From positions 31,248,001 through 31,312,000 of the forward strand of contig OZ024749.1 in assembly GCA_964016885.1 (NCBI GenBank): DNA of 64,000 nucleotides, written 5' to 3'. Position numbers and translations under genes: made by a program. The stretch is from Eledone cirrhosa (lineage: Eukaryota). Below, piece by piece: positions 56,257-64,000 of this stretch. The stretch's first letter is position 1. The number at the start of each line of letters is the position of its first letter. The notes below the pieces were generated by a model. The model saw nothing but the letters and a program-made list of their open reading frames with translations, had not been told where the DNA came from and did no database searches.

Positions 56257-56833
56257 ACTAGCAGTGGTACTCGGCGTTGCACGTGATAAGGTATCGTGAA
56301 ATATATAACCGCCTTAGCTAAGCTTAGTATTGCCACAACAACGGCTGACAAAGAAGTAGGGGTCTGGTGGTACGTAAGTAAGCAACACTGTGGCTTAAAA
56401 CGTGAGGAAGAAGTTGTGTGCACTTACCAACTGTTTGGGGAATGAGTGTGAGATTTGTCTTGAGCAAGGGTGGCCAGATAACCGGAGGCAGCAGACAGTT
56501 AGACATACAGACATCTATTATAAGGGCGCGTTCTGGACGCAGAGCGAATTGTAGGAAGTGACGTAATGCAGACATACAGACAGATATTATAAGGGCGCGG
56601 CGTTATATGTATATATCTAAAAAGAGAAAGACTACGAATTACAGAGAGAGATCGCTCAATCGCCTAATGCGGTCTCTAGGGCATTGAAAATTTGTAATTG
56701 TTTTTGTTCAGAACATTCCCTGAAACATAAGTATTATATGTGTAAAGTTTGAAGACAGTCGGTTAGGTGCTTCTCTAGTTTTAGGGATTCAAACTCACAC
56801 ACACACAGACAGACATCCTCAGTTTTATATATA
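56257..56833. mobile_element. Possible non-autonomous Helitron/Helentron-like element
   Basis: Starts actagcagtggtactcggcgttgcacg and ends ..tgtaaagtttgaag..cacagacagacatcctcagttttatata, recalling Lep1/DINE-like ends. Internal ~30-bp direct repeat at 56501 and 56570. Confidence 0.45.
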
Positions 56834-56835
56834 TA

Positions 56836-58108
56836 CAGGGGTTGGACAAAATAATGGAAACACCTTAAAATTTCAAACAAATTTATTTTAATATGGGGTA
56901 GGACCGCCTTTGGCAGTAATTACAGCTTGAATTCTACGAGGTATGGACTCGTACTAGGTTTTAATTGTTTCCAAAGGAATTTGTGTCCATTCTTCAGCTA
57001 AAACAGTCTCCAGTTCTTGTAGTGATGATGGTGGAGGATATCGACTCCTTACTTGTTTTTCTAAAATGCACCATAAATGTTCAATAATATTGAGATCTGG
57101 GGACTGTGGTGGCCAGATAAGATGTTCAACTTCACTAGAATGTTCCTCGTGCCATTCAGTAACAACTTTAGCTGTGTGAATTGATGCGTTATCTTCCTGA
57201 AATATTGCGTCTCCCTCCGGAAACAGTTCCGCAACCATAGGATGAATTTGATCTGATAAAATGCTTAAATAGTCTTGACTATTAATTCTGCCATGAAGGG
57301 AAACCATTGGGTCGGCGGATTTGCAAGATATAGCCCCCCAGATCATCACAGATCCACCTCCATGTTTAACAGTTGGAAGAAGGTAGTCTGGGTCAAATGC
57401 TTCTTTTGGCTGTCTCCACACGTATACTCGGCCGGTGGTCGGAAATAAGGTAAAGGATGACTCGTCCCAGAAAATAACATTCTTCCACTGCTCTAGGGAC
57501 CAATTCTGTAGGTTTTTACTCCACACTAAACGCTTTGCAACGTTTGTTTTTGAAAGTAGTGGTTTTCTGATTGCAGCCCTCCCGTGAAATCCGGCTTTGT
57601 GCAGCTCCCGGCGAACAGTTTTTGTGGAAACTGGGTTCTCGAGGTGGTCATTAAGCTCTGCAGTAATGTTGGGAGCTGTACATTTGTGATCCTTTCTAAC
57701 AATTCGCGTAAGAGACCGACAGTCCCTATCTGAAAGTTTTGGTTTTCGTCCGGAGTTTTCTTTCGACGAGGAGGTGTTTCCCTCTTTCTCAAAGGCTGTC
57801 ATTAGTTTCAAGACACTACTTCTTGATTTACCAAACATTTCGGCTGGTTTTGTTACGCTAGCGCCTGCCATACGAGCACCAACAATTTGACCTCTTTGAA
57901 AGTCCGATAGATCTGTCATTTTAATGAATTTTAATTACCTATTTCTGATGATAACTGAAAAGAAACAGCAATTTTAACAAAACATATTAAGCAACACTAA
58001 TAATAAATCAAAAAACATAAAAATAAACAAGCTTTTGACGGTTTTATAGATATTTCAAAATTATGATGCTATGATGTTAGGTGTTTCCATTATTTTGTCC
58101 AACCCCTG
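56836..58108 (-). mobile_element. Full-length Tc1/mariner DNA transposon (1273 bp)
   Basis: 30-bp perfect TIRs caggggttggacaaaataatggaaacacct, with a TA target duplication at 56834-56835 and 58109-58110. Confidence 0.96.
56889..57919 (-). pseudogene. Tc1-family transposase (DD36E) with a premature stop near the C-terminus
   Basis: HTH region, GRKPK, WDES, QEDNA, WPPQSPDLNIIE. An in-frame TAG at 56954-56956 is followed by YESIPRRIQAVITAKGGPTPY*. Confidence 0.92.
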
Positions 58109-58655
58109 TACATATAGGCAGATTGATAAATATATAGATAGCTAGATAGACAGACAAAAATATAGATGGGTAGTTAAATTAATAGATATATATATAGATA
58201 AAAAGGTGAATAGATATGGGTAACTGAGTGTTGGTTAAAATGTGAGATGGAACGGTTTGTGGCATTCGTTCTTAGAATTCTCTCACCGACTTCAAAAGAT
58301 GGTGAGCTAAAATTTGCATTTTATCCTTTCGAGACCTACACTGGGTTCGATTCTTGCCCTATATCTCTTTCTGAATTCCTCTGTATCGCACTTTATCTAA
58401 AAGAAATCGACTGTAGTCAGACCTTAAGATGGGCGATCGCAGTTTGAAAAATGTCCCCTAAAATGCCGTATGTCACAAACATATATATAAAAAGAGATGT
58501 TTATATATTTATTCACGAACACATACACACACACACACATTCAACGGAACAAATTGAAAAGTTGGTCGGCAGGGCTAACGAAACTACGTACATAGTACGT
58601 ATGTAGTAACCTAGTAACTGGCCTTAATAATGATATTACATATATATAATTATAT

Positions 58656-58717
<62 letters not shown>

Positions 58718-58723
<6 letters not shown>

Positions 58724-59103
58724 TAAACGGAATAGAAAATGCTGACAAATTGTTCACAGTGAAAAATAGTTTAATTAGGAATAAGTGAGAATTAGTAATT
58801 GTATTGGTTAGTATTCAGTTTTGGTTTTAAGTTTTACCGGTTGCGCATTTCTAAATGCTTTTCAAAAATAATTTTGAGATAGCGCGTCAGTGATGTTTGC
58901 TCTATCTCAAAATTATTTTTGAAAAGCATTTAGAAATGCGCAACCGGTAAAACTTAAAACCAAAACTGAATACTAACCAATACAATTACTAATTCTCATT
59001 TATTCCTAATTAAACTATTTTTCACTGTGAACAATTTGTCAGCATTTTCTATTCCGTTTACCAATATATAATAACTTGTGTGTTACACCTCTATTCTTTT
59101 AAC
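58718..59103 (+). mobile_element. TA-flanked asymmetric fold-back insertion (~165-bp arms plus a short tail)
   Basis: ~58718-58884 and ~58899-59068 are near-perfect reverse complements, followed by a unique ~35-bp tail. Confidence 0.85.
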
Positions 59104-59117
59104 TATATATATATATA

Positions 59118-59243
59118 TAGTAATAATAATAAATTTGAAGACTAAAATCCAAAGAGGGCTCGATAAGGATAAATATATCAAATATAGATCCTGTTAAGGG
59201 TGAAAGCAGTGATTCTTTGCTTAAACTTTAATCTGTTATTTTA

Positions 59244-59250
<7 letters not shown>
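59118..59250 (-). mobile_element. Family B element with an internal inversion
   Basis: The left part is colinear with 2233-2290. The right part is the reverse complement of 2323-2385. Confidence 0.75.
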
Positions 59251-59309
<59 letters not shown>

Positions 59310-59312
59310 ATA

Positions 59313-60022
59313 TATCTGAGTCAGTTCCTTGGTCAGTGTCCAAGTTTCAGACCCGTACAGCAGCACACACTCCACTACAGCAACCAAGAGACGGATCTTC
59401 TGGTATTTATGAAGGTCCGAATTCCACACCGATCTCAAGCTGTGGCGCGACGCCCAGGCTTTGCTCTCCCTCTCGGCCACATCATCTTCCGTACTCCCAA
59501 TTTTTGCTCCCAAATACAGGAAGTCCTCAACCAATTCTAGCGGCTTCCCGCCTACATTAGTAATCTCCTCTGGCTTCTTAATGTTCTCTACCAGATACTT
59601 CGTATTAATCTCATTCATTCTCAGCCCCTCACTCATCGACACAGTCTCCACCTCCCGCATCAAATCAGATGGTGGATGGGTGCAACATGAGAATGCTGAG
59701 GATGGCTCTGAACATTAATCGCTATACACTGAGGATGAAGAACTCAGAGCTGTATGGGAGCCTCCCATATGTTAGCACGAAAGTGACACAGAGACTGAAG
59801 TTAGCTGGATATGCTCACCGACATCCAGAGTTGACACGACACTCAGTGCTTCTGTGGGAGCCCCTGCATGGACACACAGGAAGAGGAAGACCGAGGTTAA
59901 CATTTGTTGATGCACTAAGGACAGACACTAGTCTCTTGGAGACGCAGGACATGGCAGCGATAATGGGGGACAGAGGCGGCTGGAGAGAACTCGTCCATGG
60001 ATCTCGGGAATTTTACCCACCC
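59313..60022 (+). mobile_element. RTE-type LINE 3' fragment with 5' inversion
   Basis: The minus piece encodes EDFLYLG..VLLYGSETWTLTKELTQ and the plus piece continues MVDGC..RMLR..LAGYAHR..GRGRPRLTFVD..DRGGWR. Confidence 0.85.
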
Positions 60023-60038
60023 TACATATATATAAACA

Positions 60039-60100
<62 letters not shown>

Positions 60101-60144
60101 GACTGTTTTTTTATGTGTGTATATGTATATAAATATATGTATAC

Positions 60145-60221
<77 letters not shown>

Positions 60222-60353
60222 CAAAACCAGACACAGAATTAGAAATAAGATTAGGAAGAGAGGGGGGATAAATAGTTAGATAGATAGATAGAGAAAGAGA
60301 GCGAGAGAGTGGGAGAAAGAGATAGAGAGAGAGAGGGGGAGTGGGAGAAAGAG

Positions 60354-60436
<83 letters not shown>

Positions 60437-60499
60437 CAGACGACGTAAAATGATAGATCATAAAATGATGAATGCAAAACTATATAGGGATGACGGTTA

Positions 60500-61090
60500 A
60501 TATGATGGTGGTGGTGGTGGTGGAAACATTGCAAGAAGGTGGTGGTGGAGGTGGAGGAGACATTGGATGATGGTGGTGGTGGCAGTGTAAACATTTGACG
60601 AAGGTGGAGGAGGTGAAGTCATTTGATGAAGGTGATGGTGGAGGCATTGGATGATGTTGGAGGCGATGGAAACATTGGAAGAAGGTGGTAGTGGTGGTGG
60701 TGGTGAAGACATCGGATGATGGTGGTGGCGAAGGAGACATTGGATGATCATGGCCGTGGTGGTGGAAACATTGGCTGATGCTGGTGGTGGTGGTGGAAAT
60801 ATTGGAAGAAGGTGGTGGTGGAGGAGCCATTGGATGATGGTGGTGGCGGTCGAAACATTGGCTGATGGCGGTGGTGGCGGTGGTGGTGAGGGGGGGTAGT
60901 TATGGTGAAGAAGAAGAAGAAGAAGAAGAAGAAGAAGAAGAAGAAGAAGAAGAAGAAGAAGAAGAAGAAGAAGAAGAAGAAGAAGAACTGGAACAGGAGG
61001 AGGAGGATGAGAAGGGGGTGCAGGAGGTGGAGGAATTGAGGAAGGAGGAGAAGTATGAGGAGGAAAAGGAAGAACGAGAGAAGAAAAGCA
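60500..61090. repeat. GGT-rich degenerate minisatellite (..gaaacattggaagaaggtggtgg..cattggatgat) followed by (GAA)n
   Basis: Directly visible. Confidence 0.88.
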
Positions 61091-61484
61091 GTTGAGAAGA
61101 GTGAGAATGTTGGGTGGGCCGAGACGATCGGAGGAACGCAGCTGATACCAATACCAACTCATTTTAATTATTGACCAATCAGAAAGCCACACGTCATCAA
61201 ATAGAAATTATTCTAACTTTGTGTGTCTCTTTACGTTCTTCTATTATAGATTCGGGCACACGCACGCAACTACACATACATACATTTACATAGTCTTCTA
61301 TAAACATACACTTGTACGTTTGCACACACGCTGGCTTGAACACGCAGACACAAACGTGCTTAGATAGTCACACATAGAAACGTTGACTTAAGTCTTTGTG
61401 TGCGTGTGTGCGTGTGAGTATTCACACACAGACACTTGCACACACACACATACACATATATATATATATGTATATATATATATG

Positions 61485-61705
61485 ATATTAAATAAATGGA
61501 AACTATATTTATAAAACCATATTTATTTCATTATATATATTTCAGGGATATCATATTAACAATATGTTATGCCTTCTTCAGACAAAATACAATATAAACA
61601 GTCTTATAAATAAATAAATATACTCCAAATACTTGTTGAGTGCTTTTATATCAGTTATAAATATTTACTCGTTGTTAACCCAACAATTTAAATATAACTT
61701 TCCAT
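61485..61705. mobile_element. Family C element with an inversion; hammerhead at 61524-61589 (-)
   Basis: Minus strand tattttgt-CTGAAGA-aggcataacatatt..aatatgatatccct-GAAA-T-atat-A-TA-atgaaata. 61620-61703 is the reverse complement of ~5888-5970. Confidence 0.78.
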
Positions 61706-61764
61706 GTATATATATATACATATATATATATGTGTGTTTGTGTGTATATATATATATATATATA

Positions 61765-61940
61765 TAACGAAGGTGTAGTAAGTAACCTGGTGGACCATAA
61801 CGCACCAGAGGACTCAATACTTAGGGTAGTAGAGTAGGTAATAGGATAATGTTTAACCCCGACGGCAGAGCTCAAGTAGTCCAGAAATAGCCGTCGAAAC
61901 GACTTGAGCTCTGCCGTCGGGGTTAAACATTTTCCTTTAT
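61765..61940 (-). mobile_element. TA-flanked fold-back element family A
   Basis: Homologous to 4530-4724. Confidence 0.85.
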
Positions 61941-62046
61941 CTAGATATACAAGATGTCCCAAGTAATGTATACATTCTTTGAATACCTATGCAGGCAATT
62001 CTTTTAGGAGACTGTTTAAGTGTGTAATCATTTTGGGGGATTTCTT

Positions 62047-62301
<255 letters not shown>

Positions 62302-62317
62302 ATATATATATATATTT

Positions 62318-62349
<32 letters not shown>

Positions 62350-62432
62350 GTTTCGACCGCCACCACCATCATCCAATGGCTCCTCCACCACCACCTTCTT
62401 CCAATATTTCCACATAGAATATATATATATAT

Positions 62433-62581
<149 letters not shown>

Positions 62582-62617
62582 TATATATTTATAAGTATAT
62601 ATTTTATATATATATAA

Positions 62618-62670
<53 letters not shown>

Positions 62671-62671
62671 C

Positions 62672-62748
<77 letters not shown>

Positions 62749-62795
62749 AATGTATATATATATTTATATATATTTATATCTATATATATATATAA

Positions 62796-62826
<31 letters not shown>

Positions 62827-62854
62827 TGTATATATATTTATATATATTTATATA

Positions 62855-62889
<35 letters not shown>

Positions 62890-63405
62890 CTGTAGGAGCC
62901 ATATCTATATTAACTATATATATGTGTGTGTGTGTGTACATGTGTGCATATATATATTCATGCATATGTATCCACACGCACATTATGTCTATATATGTGA
63001 ATATCTATATATATGTGTGTGTACGCGTCTGTGTGTGTATATGTGTATATGTGTGTATCTGTATGAATGTATGTGTGTGTGCATATGTGTGTGTATGTGT
63101 GTGTATGTGTGTATGTATGCGTTTGTGTATGTGTGTGTATATGTGTGTGTTTGTATTAGTAAGTGTGTGTGTGTGTGTGCGTATTTGTATGTATGTGTGT
63201 ACTAGCGGCAATCCGTAAAACTGAGAGTAACAACCGAATGAAATCACTGAGATATAATCGATAAATATTATTCAATATTATTATGCACTCTTTTCCTTCT
63301 GTTTATAAATACAAATTTTCGAATATAGATCGACTGCCAACACACACACATGCACACGCACATACACACACACACCTACACACACACACATACACACACA
63401 CATAT

Positions 63406-63493
<88 letters not shown>

Positions 63494-63708
63494 GAAGCCG
63501 TGTGGCTGAGTAGTTACAGAATTGGATTCACAATCTTGAGGTTGTGAGTTCGATTCCTCGACCGGGCGATGCGTTATGTCCTTGAGCAAGACACTTTATT
63601 TCACGTTGCTCCTTTTACCTGGAGTTGCGACCGATAGATAGTATTAGCAATTGGAAAGACCGATGAAAACATTGTCTCATCGGTCCGATTTGACGAAAGT
63701 CTATCGAT
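63494..63708 (+). mobile_element. tRNA-derived SINE, family 2
   Basis: Box A tggctgagtag and box B gagttcgattcc. Matches 5207-5422. Confidence 0.87.
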
Positions 63709-63723
63709 AAAAAAAGATATATA

Positions 63724-63882
63724 TTATATAGAAAAGGCTTCTACAGGAAGCCTGATGATTTCTCCCGACTGAAACAGGTCTTGTCCTGTAGAAGCGTTTT
63801 CTATATTAAATATTTATACTCTGCTTTGTAATGAGTACCTTACTTACTGTGGTTACCCCCGATTGAACCGGGGATAAACTTA
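63724..63882 (+). mobile_element. TA-flanked element family E with a degenerate hammerhead (63727-63805)
   Basis: Long stem tagaaaa.gcttctacagga / tcctgtagaagc.ttttcta enclosing CTGATGA..GAAAC-ag-GTC. Stem II appears deleted. Confidence 0.65.
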
Positions 63883-64000
63883 TATATATAGATATGTATA
63901 TATATATATATATACTAAGCGTACGTACATATTCTTACGTGCATATACACACAGACACAATTATAAACACACACATGTATTTATTTATCTATATGTACAT

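Overview
Eukaryotic, AT-rich, microsatellite-saturated intronic or intergenic DNA. The SINE families and repeat style suggest an octopod cephalopod; that is an inference. Nearly all long ORFs in the track are translation artefacts of simple repeats. Supported content: (1) a head-to-tail cluster of six Tx1/L1-type LINE insertions in one (GATA)n tract (7.3-16.4 kb); (2) a 13.8-kb 15-bp satellite with higher-order duplications; (3) a Dong/R4-type RLE LINE in (TAA)n; (4) a complete DD36E Tc1/mariner element with one premature stop; (5) a 5'-inverted RTE-type LINE fragment; (6) many tRNA-derived SINEs; (7) one or two probable host exons on the minus strand. The most interesting signal is a set of at least five families of short non-coding elements that sit in (TA)n tracts, form asymmetric fold-backs, and carry intact or truncated type I hammerhead ribozymes, as in Penelope-like pLTRs. 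One fold-back of the same architecture (~1.05 kb) carries an intronless TMEM254-like coding fragment in both arms, i.e. an apparently captured host mRNA.
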